A DNA stretch of 36,879 nucleotides, taken from Pseudomonadota bacterium. GTDB taxonomy: Bacteria; Bdellovibrionota_F; JAHFAK01; JBDREC01. The position numbers and the translations under genes are program-made. Positions within the stretch are counted from its first letter, which is position 1. Each line of letters starts with the position of its first letter. The notes under the pieces are model-generated. The model did no database searches and was not told the DNA's origin. It saw only the letters and a program-made list of their open reading frames with translations. This document shows, piece by piece, positions 9,299-18,307 of the stretch. The stretch covers positions 1 through 36,879 of the forward strand of contig JBDREC010000078.1 in the NCBI GenBank assembly GCA_043820105.1, in the 5' to 3' direction.

Positions 9299-10440
9299 AA
9301 ATTACAATTATAGGCTGGTATGGCACTGAAACTATTGGGGATAGGGCAATATTGTGCGGGTTATTATCTTTTTTTGCTAAAGTTTTTAATCACTTTGAAA
9401 TTAGTCTTGGTAGTTTATATCCCTTTTTTAGTGAAAGATTATTAAAAGAGGATTCTAAATTTTGGAAAGAAATAACAGGAAAAGACTTAGAGGTAAACAT
9501 ATTTAACAGCAAAAAATCCTCAGAACTTAATGAGAGTATACGAAAATCAGATTTAGTAGTTGTTGGAGGTGGACCTCTTATGCATATTGAAGAGCTTTTT
9601 ATGGTTGAATATGCATTTAAAAAAGCAAAAAAATTAAAGAAACAAACAGCACTTTTAGGTTGTGGAATCGGGCCATTGTTTTATAAAGAATTTACAAAAA
9701 GTGTTAATGAAATTGCATTAAAAGCTGATCTTATTGTTTTGAGGGATTCAAAATCTAAAGATACATTACTAGAAATCAACAAAAGTTATAAGATGCAATT
9801 AAATAAAGATAATATTTTTACTAGTATTGATCCCTCTATTGAATGTATACTAGAGTACAATAAAATCACCCCAAAAGCCAATGATAGTTATATTACAGCT
9901 AATTTACGAGAGTTTCCCTCAGATTATTCAAAAAAGAAAATAGATAAATATAAAGAGATGTTAATATTTATAAAAGCCTTAGCGGAAAAATACAATGATA
10001 ATAAAATAAAACTTACACCAATGCATTATTTTCACAGTGGAAATGATGACAGAGTGTTTTTAAATAAAATTGCATTTGAATTAGAGAAAGCCAATATTAG
10101 CGTTCAAAATAAAATTTTAACCTTAAAAGAAACCATTAATGTTTTTCAGAATGCATACTTTAATATTGGAATGAGATATCATTCCATTATTTTACAAACA
10201 ATAGCCAGCGGAAAAAACTATATTCTAGATTATACTCAACCACAAAAGGGAAAAATTAGTGGATTTGTCAGTGATATTGATGATCAAAATTTCTATAAAG
10301 ATAGATATGTTAATTTACAAAACGATAACATTTCAATGAAGATTATTAATAATGAAGAAAAAGTTTTTGTTTTTAATTCTTCATTAGTAGAGCGAAAAAA
10401 TAAAATTTATTTAGAAAAACTAAGAGAATTGAATTTATGA
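9295..10440 (+). CDS. Polysaccharide pyruvyl transferase family protein
   Basis: IIGWYGTETIGDRAI, DLVVVGGG, GCGIGPL, LRDSKS, IGMRYHS. Confidence 0.85.
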   Translation: MKITIIGWYGTETIGDRAILCGLLSFFAKVFNHFEISLGSLYPFFSERLLKEDSKFWKEITGKDLEVNIFNSKKSSELNESIRKSDLVVVGGGPLMHIEELFMVEYAFKKAKKLKKQTALLGCGIGPLFYKEFTKSVNEIALKADLIVLRDSKSKDTLLEINKSYKMQLNKDNIFTSIDPSIECILEYNKITPKANDSYITANLREFPSDYSKKKIDKYKEMLIFIKALAEKYNDNKIKLTPMHYFHSGNDDRVFLNKIAFELEKANISVQNKILTLKETINVFQNAYFNIGMRYHSIILQTIASGKNYILDYTQPQKGKISGFVSDIDDQNFYKDRYVNLQNDNISMKIINNEEKVFVFNSSLVERKNKIYLEKLRELNL

Positions 10441-11675
10441 AAGTATTAATCGTTAATTCCAATGATATTAAGGGGGGGGCTGCAAAGGCTGCATATAGGT
10501 TAAACAAGGGTTTGCAAAAAATTGGTGTAAGCTCACAAATGCTAGTTCAAGAAAAAACTAGTTCAGACTCATCTGTTTTAACATCTGAATCGAAGTGTTA
10601 TAAAATTATACCTAATACTAGACCTAGGTTTAATCAATTGCCAGTTCACTTTTATAAGAATCGCCTGACACTTCCATTTTCTCCAGCATGGCTGCCATTT
10701 TCGAATATTGTTAATAAAATTCATGAAATAAAACCAGATATAGTTCATTTACATTTCATCACAAATGGTATGATTCATCTCAAAGATTTATTAAAAATAA
10801 AATGCCCAATTGTTTGGTCATTGCATGATATGTGGGCTTTTACAGGAGGATGTCATTACGACAATTATTGCAACAAATTTCAAAGCCAATGTTTTGATTG
10901 TCCAATTCTTAATTCAAATAAAAAAAACGACCTTAGTAAAAGAATTTTTAAACAAAAAAATAAGATCTATAATAAATTAGACAATATTACAATTGTTGGC
11001 CTCAGTAAATGGATGGCAGATTGTGCTTCAAAAAGTGTTCTGTTAGGCAGGAAAGATATAAAAAACATTCCAAATCCCATAGATACAGACTTATATCAAC
11101 CTATAGAAAAGAAAATTGCTAGAAAAATTTTAAATCTACCCTTAGATAAAAAATTTGTTCTTTTTGGGGCTGATTGTATCAATGATTATCTAAAGGGATT
11201 TGATTTTTTAAGAAAAGCTCTTGAATGCATAGATCAAGACAATATTGAACTATTAATCTTAGGTTCCGTAGAAAAAACAACTTCAAGCTTATTTAGATTT
11301 CCTGCTCATTTTATCGGAAAATTAAATGATGAAATTTCTATGAAAATACTATATAATGCCGCAGATGTTACAGTGCTACCTTCTCTACAAGAGAATTTAT
11401 CTAATGTTGTTATAGAGTCTTTATCATGTGGAACCCCTGTTGTTGCTTTTAATATTGGGGGTAATGGTGATATGATTGAGCATAAGAAGAATGGGTATCT
11501 TGCTAATATGTCAAGTTCTGATGATGATTTGCTTAAAGGCATTAATTGGATTTTGAAAAATCCTGATTATGACAGTTTAAAGCATAATGCTAGGATGAAG
11601 GTTTTAAATGAATTTGAAATGATAAAAGTTGCACAGTGTTATAAAAACTTATATGAAACTATTTTATTTAACTAA
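10437..11675 (+). CDS. Glycosyltransferase family 4 (WcaC-like)
   Basis: GGAAKAAYRL, PIVWSLHDMWAFTGGCHY, PSLQENLSNVVIESLSCGTPVVAF. G8 tract at 10472-10479. Confidence 0.9.
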   Translation: MKVLIVNSNDIKGGAAKAAYRLNKGLQKIGVSSQMLVQEKTSSDSSVLTSESKCYKIIPNTRPRFNQLPVHFYKNRLTLPFSPAWLPFSNIVNKIHEIKPDIVHLHFITNGMIHLKDLLKIKCPIVWSLHDMWAFTGGCHYDNYCNKFQSQCFDCPILNSNKKNDLSKRIFKQKNKIYNKLDNITIVGLSKWMADCASKSVLLGRKDIKNIPNPIDTDLYQPIEKKIARKILNLPLDKKFVLFGADCINDYLKGFDFLRKALECIDQDNIELLILGSVEKTTSSLFRFPAHFIGKLNDEISMKILYNAADVTVLPSLQENLSNVVIESLSCGTPVVAFNIGGNGDMIEHKKNGYLANMSSSDDDLLKGINWILKNPDYDSLKHNARMKVLNEFEMIKVAQCYKNLYETILFN

Positions 11676-11740
11676 GCATAAGCAAAAAATAGACTATACA
11701 TTTTCTACTTATTTACAAAATAATTTGAAAGGGAAAGTTT

Positions 11741-12649
11741 TTGGATATTAACAGACACACTGAAGAAACAGAGAAAATAAATAAAAACAAAGTTAATTTT
11801 GATATGCACAATCCTCTTATAAGTATTGTTACAGTTGTTTATAATGGCGAAAAATATCTAGAGCGTTGTATTGAAAGTGTATTAAGGCAAGTCTATAAAA
11901 ATATAGAATTCATTGTCATCGATGGTGCTTCGACAGATGGGACTTTAGATATCATCAAAAAATATGAAGCTTGCATAAGCTATTGGAAAAGCGAACCAGA
12001 TATTGGGATATATGATGCTATGAACAAGGGAAGTAAGATTGCATCAGGAGATTATGCCTTATTTCTTAATTCAGATGATTATTTGTTTGATGAAAATTCT
12101 ATTAGCCAAACAATCAATTTAGGCTTAAAAGAAAAGGAATTACCCTTGTTGATTGCTGGAAAAATAGCTTTAGCTATAGATGATAAATTATTTGAAGATT
12201 GGATTTATCCTTCAAGTGAAAAACAGATGCATAATAGTAACCCTTCACATCCTGGCACACTCATCTCATCTGAAATTTATAAAAAAATTCCATACGGTGT
12301 TTTTTATAAGTTTGCCGGAGATTATGATCTTTGGGAAATGATTCGGCAAAGAAATTTATATAAAATAAAAAATGTTGATAATGTTGTTTCTGTTTTTAGG
12401 ATGGGCGGCACTTCTAATAATGGAAAACACGAATTTTTGGTTTCTATTGAGCTTGAAATTTCAAATTATATTCACTTTGGTAAATTTGATTTGAAAAAGA
12501 TAATAACAGGTGTAATAAGGACAAAATTAAAAAATTTATTAATAAAAATTATTGGCACAAATAGGTACTATACTTATATTCCATATGGCAAATATAGATT
12601 ACAAAAGAAAATATCCACTTTGTTCAATGGTTGTTTGATCAAAAAATGA
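11741..12649 (+). CDS. Glycosyltransferase family 2 (start may be ATG 11804)
   Basis: PLISIVTVVYN, IDGASTDGT, SEPDIGIYDAMNKG, FLNSDD, GDYD. Confidence 0.92.
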   Translation: MDINRHTEETEKINKNKVNFDMHNPLISIVTVVYNGEKYLERCIESVLRQVYKNIEFIVIDGASTDGTLDIIKKYEACISYWKSEPDIGIYDAMNKGSKIASGDYALFLNSDDYLFDENSISQTINLGLKEKELPLLIAGKIALAIDDKLFEDWIYPSSEKQMHNSNPSHPGTLISSEIYKKIPYGVFYKFAGDYDLWEMIRQRNLYKIKNVDNVVSVFRMGGTSNNGKHEFLVSIELEISNYIHFGKFDLKKIITGVIRTKLKNLLIKIIGTNRYYTYIPYGKYRLQKKISTLFNGCLIKK

Positions 12650-12736
12650 GTTTTCTCTAAATTGGTTTAAATGGAAGAATAAATTATATTGTATATCTAA
12701 ATCTAAAAAAAGCAGTAATTTTTTTTAAAGGATCAA

Positions 12737-14014
12737 ATGAATATTAATAATTCAACGTCTCTTCTAGTCTGGATTTTTCAGACAGGCGAACCATTGCAAA
12801 TTGATGATAAAAACGCACGACCAATGCGAGCTGTCAGCTTAAGTAATTCTCTGCTTGACGCTGGACATAAAGTTGTTTTGTGGAGCACGGATTTTTACCA
12901 TCAAGAAAAACGCCATCGCTATAATAAGTATAAAAGAATTAAGATGTCTGATAAATTTGAAATTCGTTTAATTCCAACTATGGGATATAAAAGAAATATA
13001 GGAATTGGGCGCTTATTAGATCATGCTCAGCTTGCTTTTAGGTTAAAAAAGCTGTTGTCTGAAGAAGAATCCTCACCAGATATTGCATTTATTGGCTTTC
13101 CTCCTATTGAAACTGCATATCTATTGGCAAAGTGGCTTAAAAAACGAGATATTCCATCTATTCTAGATGTAAAGGATCTTTGGCCAGTAATCTTTTTAGA
13201 CCCTCTGCCGAAGTTAATTAGACCTCTAGGAAAATTAGCTCTCTTTCCATATTTCTATCTAGCTAAAAAGGCAATCAAAGACGTCACTGGCGTGACTACA
13301 ATGGCAAATAAATTTCTTGATAGCACTCTGGGTTTTATCGGTCGCGAAAAAACAAATAAAGATGGTGTGTTTTTCCTTACATCCCCTAAATTTCGGGTAT
13401 CAGATTCTCAATTAAATGAAGCTAGAAAGTGGTGGGATAGTAAAGGTATTATAGATAATGGAAAACATCGATTATGTTTTATTGGTAGTCTTTCATATGC
13501 ATTTGACTTTCATCCTATATATAAAGCAGCAAAAATTGCCCTTGAAAAAAACAATAATATAGAAATAATTATATGTGGAGAAGGAAGTTGTTCTGAGAAA
13601 ATAAAAAAAATGATGTCCGGTCTTTCCAATGTGCATTTTCCCGGTTGGATAGATAGACCTAAAATTGAAACATTGGCCAAGAGATGCATAGGTTCTCTTG
13701 CTCCTTATATAAATATTGATAGTTTTATTAATAGTATTCCGAATAAAATAATTGATGCCTTATCATTAGGATTACCAATTCTTAGTCCACTAAAAGGAGA
13801 AGTTGCATCTATTATTAATCAACATAATGTTGGATTAAAATATGATAGTGATGGCGACGATAGCCTTTATAATTGCTTGAAAATTCTTCAAAAAGATAAT
13901 GAGTTAAGAAAAGCAATGGCAAAAAACGCGTTAAATCTTTATGAAGATCAATTTTCATTTGAAAAAACGTATGATAGTCTTGTAAAGCACCTTGAAACAC
14001 TTGCATCGTATTAG
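12737..14014 (+). CDS. Glycosyltransferase family 4 (WbuB-like)
   Basis: PDIAFIGFPP, LDVKDLWP, NVHFPGW, SIPNKIIDALSLGLPIL. Confidence 0.85.
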   Translation: MNINNSTSLLVWIFQTGEPLQIDDKNARPMRAVSLSNSLLDAGHKVVLWSTDFYHQEKRHRYNKYKRIKMSDKFEIRLIPTMGYKRNIGIGRLLDHAQLAFRLKKLLSEEESSPDIAFIGFPPIETAYLLAKWLKKRDIPSILDVKDLWPVIFLDPLPKLIRPLGKLALFPYFYLAKKAIKDVTGVTTMANKFLDSTLGFIGREKTNKDGVFFLTSPKFRVSDSQLNEARKWWDSKGIIDNGKHRLCFIGSLSYAFDFHPIYKAAKIALEKNNNIEIIICGEGSCSEKIKKMMSGLSNVHFPGWIDRPKIETLAKRCIGSLAPYINIDSFINSIPNKIIDALSLGLPILSPLKGEVASIINQHNVGLKYDSDGDDSLYNCLKILQKDNELRKAMAKNALNLYEDQFSFEKTYDSLVKHLETLASY

Positions 14015-14071
14015 TGTAAGCGTTTAGCTGTCTTTGCTTCAGAAGTCCTAGACATGTTTTAAACAAGAAAA

Positions 14072-14728
14072 TCAAAAAGCTCTTTTTTTGAATACCAATC
14101 TCTTGGCATTCTCGTCAAAAAACCGTTCTTTAGAAAGATGTTGGGATTTGTCAATGATAATGATATCAAATCCAAAATCATCAAATATCTTTTTGTAGTT
14201 TTTTGAGTGGTAAGCACCATTACTATCTACAAAAGATTCGTTATGAAAATCATCGACAATTACAAAAAGAAACAGATCAGCAAACTCCAATAAGTGTTTC
14301 CTTATTTCATCTTCAGTTAAAAGATATAAAATCCGATCATATATGGCTAAATCGAACTTCTTGTATCCAAAAACACGGAGTGACTCAAACACTTCACGTT
14401 TACGTAATTGAGCAACAAAAATAGAGGTGTTTTGATCAAATCTTTTCTTCGCGTATTTGATTGCACTAGGGTTTATATCATATCCAAAAAGAAAAATACC
14501 AGATTCACAATTTTCTCTAATATTCGCTAAATTTGGACCACTTGCACAGCCATACTCAAAAACAGATTTTATTTTATTCAAATTAGTGAATTCAGAATAG
14601 AAATTTCTTCTTTCGGAATTGAAATTATTATAGTAATTTTTCATTACTTTTCTATCTATTAAATGACGAAACCGCCAAAAAGTTTTAGATATTTTAACCT
14701 TATTCTTGATCCACTGCAATATTGACAT
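14072..14728 (-). CDS. Class I SAM-dependent methyltransferase
   Basis: SVFEYGCASGPNL (motif I), GYDINPSAI (motif II), KFDLAI. Confidence 0.8.
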   Translation of the reverse strand: MSILQWIKNKVKISKTFWRFRHLIDRKVMKNYYNNFNSERRNFYSEFTNLNKIKSVFEYGCASGPNLANIRENCESGIFLFGYDINPSAIKYAKKRFDQNTSIFVAQLRKREVFESLRVFGYKKFDLAIYDRILYLLTEDEIRKHLLEFADLFLFVIVDDFHNESFVDSNGAYHSKNYKKIFDDFGFDIIIIDKSQHLSKERFFDENAKRLVFKKRAF

Positions 14729-15018
14729 TAAAATCCCTTCATATTTGTATGGTATGTTTTCCTTTGAATATGTAATGTTTTTTTAACCTGAAATCTCGAA
14801 TAAAAACAATCTTTTTCTTAATAGACTGATCAACCCATAACAATATCATGAGCTTTTATTGAATGAAAGTGAGCATATAGCGAACCAGTGTTGATAGTGG
14901 TGTGATGTTTGTTTTCGGAAGAAAACATTACGTTTGAGGTTTGCTTCTATATTTTTTCTTGCTATTCAAATAAAACGAACTTAATAAAAGTCTAAAATTT
15001 TAAATAGGAGAATTGAAA

Positions 15019-15564
15019 ATGATTCATGAAACAGCCCAAGTTTCTCCTGATGCAAAAATCGGAGAAGGAACCAGTATTTGGAACTGGTGTCAAGTTCGAG
15101 AGAATTCTGTTATTGGAAAAAATTGTACCCTTTCAAAAGGTGTTTATGTAGATTTTGATGTTATTATTGGTGATAATGTAAAAATTCAGAACAATGTTTC
15201 TGTTTATCATGGGGTTGTGCTTGAAAACGGTGTTTTTGCTGGTCCACATGTTTGTTTTACAAATGATTTATTGCCAAGGTCAATTAATCCTGATGGCTCT
15301 TTAAAATCTAATGATGACTGGGTCTTATCTAAGACTTTAGTAAAAGAAGGAGCTTCAATTGGCGCTAATGCAACTATCGTGGCTGGCACGACAATTGGTA
15401 GATTTGCTTTAATAGGCTCAGGATCTGTTGTCACAAAAGATGTTCCAGACCATGGCCTAGCGTTTGGAAACCCTGCAAAATTAAGAGGTTACGTCTGTCA
15501 TTGTGGTCAAAAACTTGACAGTGAGAATGAATGTAAAAAATGTAATTTTAAGCTGGAATTGTAA
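15019..15564 (+). CDS. wbpD: Hexapeptide-repeat N-acetyltransferase, WbpD/WlbB-like
   Basis: IHETAQV, left-handed beta-helix repeats, VKIQNNVSVY, FTND..PR, GNPAK, C-terminal CHCG...CKKC. AGGAG at 15006-15010 favours ATG 15019. Confidence 0.85.
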   Translation: MIHETAQVSPDAKIGEGTSIWNWCQVRENSVIGKNCTLSKGVYVDFDVIIGDNVKIQNNVSVYHGVVLENGVFAGPHVCFTNDLLPRSINPDGSLKSNDDWVLSKTLVKEGASIGANATIVAGTTIGRFALIGSGSVVTKDVPDHGLAFGNPAKLRGYVCHCGQKLDSENECKKCNFKLEL

Positions 15565-15570
15565 GATTTG

Positions 15571-15668
15571 TTTTGCCACAGAGACACAGAGGTCACAGAG
15601 GAAGAAAATATTATTTCGAAGAAATAAAAAACCCAATTCTCTGTGCTCTCTGTGCCTCTGTGGCAAAA
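15571..15668. repeat. Palindromic REP-like element, copy 1
   Basis: ttttgc-CACAGAG-a-CACAGAG-gt-CACAGAG ... ttatttc-gaa-gaaataa ... CTCTGTG-ct-CTCTGTG-c-CTCTGTG-gcaaaa. Confidence 0.95.
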
Positions 15669-15769
15669 ATAAAATTTGGTTATCAGAGTATTTTCCTTGC
15701 CTTTTTTAGCTTTCAGGGCTAAAAGACGGCCGATTTTTAACAATAATCCTCAAATAAAGGAGATTAATA

Positions 15770-16870
15770 ATGATCGCTATTACTAAACCAATAGTTGGTG
15801 ATAGAGAAAAAGAACTTGTAGTTGAAGTGATGAATTCAGGAATGCTTGCTCAAGGTCCAAGAGTCAAAGAATTAGAAGAAAAATTTGCTGCTTTATGCGG
15901 TACAAAATATGCTGTTGCAACCAATTCAGGTACTGCAGCAATTCATGCCTCCTTAGCTGCTTTTGGTGTGGGAGCAGGAGACGAAGTCATAACAGTTCCA
16001 TTTACTTTTATAGCATCTGTTAATCCAATATTAATGCAAAATGCTACACCAGTTTTTGCAGACATTGATGAAAAAACTTTTAATTTAGATCCAGAAAAAT
16101 TAGAAGAAAAAATCACTAAAAAAACAAAAGCAATTATCCCTGTTTGTCTTTATGGTCAGATTTATAATTATGAAAAAATTAAAGAAATAGCGGATAAGCA
16201 TAATTTGTTTTTATTAGAAGATGCTTGCCAATCTGTTAATGCAAAACGTGGCGATCTAATGAGTGGAGCTTGTGGCGATATGGCTGCCTTTAGCTTATAT
16301 GCAACAAAAAACATTATGAGTGGCGAAGGCGGAATCGTAACAACAAATAGTGAAGAACTTGCTACTAAAGTCATGAGATTTAGGCATCATGGTCAAGGAC
16401 CAGATGTTAGATATTTTTATCATGAATTAGGTTACAATTATAGGACTACTGATTTATGTGCTTCTATAGCTCTTGCACAACTAGAAAGGCTAGAAGAAGT
16501 AACAAACAATAGAATTACTAATGCTAAATATCTTTCTGAATGCCTTGGTGGACTTGAAGGAATTACAATTCCACATATTGATGAAAACTGCAAACACGTT
16601 TTTCATCAATATACTATTAAAGTTGATTCAGAAAAAGTAAGTAGAGATGAATTCTTACAAAAACTTAGAGATGGTGGGATAGGCGCTGGAGTTTATTATC
16701 CAAAACCAATCCATCTTTTTCCATTATATGAAAAGTTTGGATACAAAGAAGGTGATTTTCCTGTTGCAGAAAAAATGTCACAGCAGGTGGTCTCACTTCC
16801 TTGTCATCCTTCATTAAGCAGAGAAGACTTGGATACTATTGTTAAGAGCGTAAAAGACGCTTTGAAATAA
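15770..16870 (+). CDS. wbpE: DegT/DnrJ/EryC1/StrS PLP aminotransferase, WbpE/WlbC-like
   Basis: NSGTAAIH, GDEVITVPFTFIAS, EDACQS, FSLYATKNIMSGEGG (PLP Lys), GYNYR. Lies between wbpD-like and wbpB-like genes. Confidence 0.85.
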   Translation: MIAITKPIVGDREKELVVEVMNSGMLAQGPRVKELEEKFAALCGTKYAVATNSGTAAIHASLAAFGVGAGDEVITVPFTFIASVNPILMQNATPVFADIDEKTFNLDPEKLEEKITKKTKAIIPVCLYGQIYNYEKIKEIADKHNLFLLEDACQSVNAKRGDLMSGACGDMAAFSLYATKNIMSGEGGIVTTNSEELATKVMRFRHHGQGPDVRYFYHELGYNYRTTDLCASIALAQLERLEEVTNNRITNAKYLSECLGGLEGITIPHIDENCKHVFHQYTIKVDSEKVSRDEFLQKLRDGGIGAGVYYPKPIHLFPLYEKFGYKEGDFPVAEKMSQQVVSLPCHPSLSREDLDTIVKSVKDALK

Positions 16871-16882
16871 CGAATTTAAAAA

Positions 16883-16974
16883 GCCACAGAGACACAGAGG
16901 TCACAGAGGAAGAAAATATTATTTCGAAGAAATAAAAAAAAACCAATTCTCTGTGCTCTCTGTGCCTCTGTGGC
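16883..16974. repeat. Palindromic REP-like element, copy 2
   Basis: Near-identical to copy 1, including the AT-rich spacer. Confidence 0.95.
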
Positions 16975-17038
16975 AAAAAAACCGTTGTATAATAAGGCTT
17001 AAGAGAACAATTAATTAGTGAGGGTAAAAGAGAATACA

Positions 17039-17132
17039 AGCCACAGAGACACAGAGGTCACAGAGGAATAGAAAATATTATTTCGAAGAAATAAAAAAAA
17101 TACTTCTCTGTGTTCTCTGTGCCTCTGTGGCT
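17039..17132. repeat. Palindromic REP-like element, copy 3
   Basis: Same arms and same inner ttatttc-gaa-gaaataa hairpin. Ends ~8 nt before the AGGAG of the next gene. Confidence 0.95.
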
Positions 17133-17152
17133 AAATAAAAAGGAGAATAAAA

Positions 17153-18148
17153 ATGAAAGTTGGAGTTATTGGTGTTGGATCTATGGGAAGAAATCATGCA
17201 AGAGTTTGTCATGATGTTGAAAATTTAGAATTAGTAGCAATTTCTGATGTAAATCAGGAAGCTGTTGATACATTAGCAAAAAAATATCGCTGTAAAGCTT
17301 ATACAGATTACGAGCAAATGATAAATGAAAATGAATTTGATATGGTGATTGTTGTTGTTCCTACTTCTTTGCATAAGGAAGTTTCTTTAAAGTGTATTGA
17401 AAAGGGAATTAATTTATTAATTGAAAAACCAATTGCCTCTACTGATGTTGAAGGTCAAGAGATCTTGAATTTTGCTGAAGAAAAAGGCGTGCAAGTAATG
17501 ATCGGTCACATTGAAAGATTTAATCCTGTTATTGCTGAACTTAGAAAAAGACTTAAAGAGGGCGAACTTGGTAAGATATTTAAAATAGCCATTGACAGAA
17601 TTGGACCTTTTCCAGCTAGAATCAGAGACGTTGGTGTTATAATTGATCTAGCTGTTCATGATCTTGATATTATCAGATTTTTAACAGATGCAAAAATTAC
17701 AAGATTATATGCAGAAACAGGAAATAAAATTAACACAGATAATGAAGACCTTCTAGAAGGTACTATTAGACTTGATAATGATATTATTTGCACACTAAAC
17801 ATTAACTGGCTTACACCAACCAAGATGAGAAAAATCTTTGTAACAGGAGCAAAAGGAATGTTTGTTGCTGACTATCTTTCACAAAATCTTTTATTTTTTG
17901 AAAACAAAGAAATAGATAAAGACTATTCCTATACTGACATGGTCAGAGGTGTTTCAGAAGGTGTTATGATTAGATATAATATTAACAAATATGAACCTCT
18001 AATGGCTGAAATAAAGCATTTTGCGGATTGTATTAAAAATGACACAAAACCTTTAATTACTGGCTATGACGGACTTACAGCTTTAAAGCTTGCGCAGGAT
18101 TTGAAAAAATCTGCTGAACTTGGTGAAGTTGTTAAGGTTAATTACTAG
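17153..18148 (+). CDS. wbpB: Gfo/Idh/MocA NAD-dependent oxidoreductase, WbpB/WlbA-like UDP-GlcNAcA 3-dehydrogenase
   Basis: GVIGVGSMGRNHAR, LIEKPIA, GHIERFNP, GVIIDLAVHDLD. Gene context supports the call. Confidence 0.8.
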   Translation: MKVGVIGVGSMGRNHARVCHDVENLELVAISDVNQEAVDTLAKKYRCKAYTDYEQMINENEFDMVIVVVPTSLHKEVSLKCIEKGINLLIEKPIASTDVEGQEILNFAEEKGVQVMIGHIERFNPVIAELRKRLKEGELGKIFKIAIDRIGPFPARIRDVGVIIDLAVHDLDIIRFLTDAKITRLYAETGNKINTDNEDLLEGTIRLDNDIICTLNINWLTPTKMRKIFVTGAKGMFVADYLSQNLLFFENKEIDKDYSYTDMVRGVSEGVMIRYNINKYEPLMAEIKHFADCIKNDTKPLITGYDGLTALKLAQDLKKSAELGEVVKVNY

Positions 18149-18184
18149 AAGAAAAGTACTTGCTAAAATGTAAGTGATAAAGAA

Positions 18185-18289
18185 ACCACAGGGACACAGA
18201 GACACAGAGAAATTAATATACATAAAAAAGAATTTTATTTTATAAAATTCTTTTTTATTTTTTTCTCTGTGTCTCTGTGCCTCTGTGGT
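18185..18289. repeat. Palindromic REP-like element, copy 4 (variant with different, self-complementary spacer)
   Basis: ac-cacaggg-a-cacagag-a-cacagag-aaa ... ataaaaaagaatttta / taaaattcttttttat ... ttt-ctctgtg-t-ctctgtg-c-ctctgtg-gt. Confidence 0.9.
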
Positions 18290-18307
18290 AAAAATAAGGA
18301 GTTTCGA

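Noticed and set aside
15571-18289. CRISPR array or integron attC interpretation of the CACAGAG repeats
   Set aside because: The units are inverted pairs with shared rather than unique spacers and are separated by whole genes. No cas or integrase gene is present, and no RYYYAAC/GTTRRRY cores bound them.
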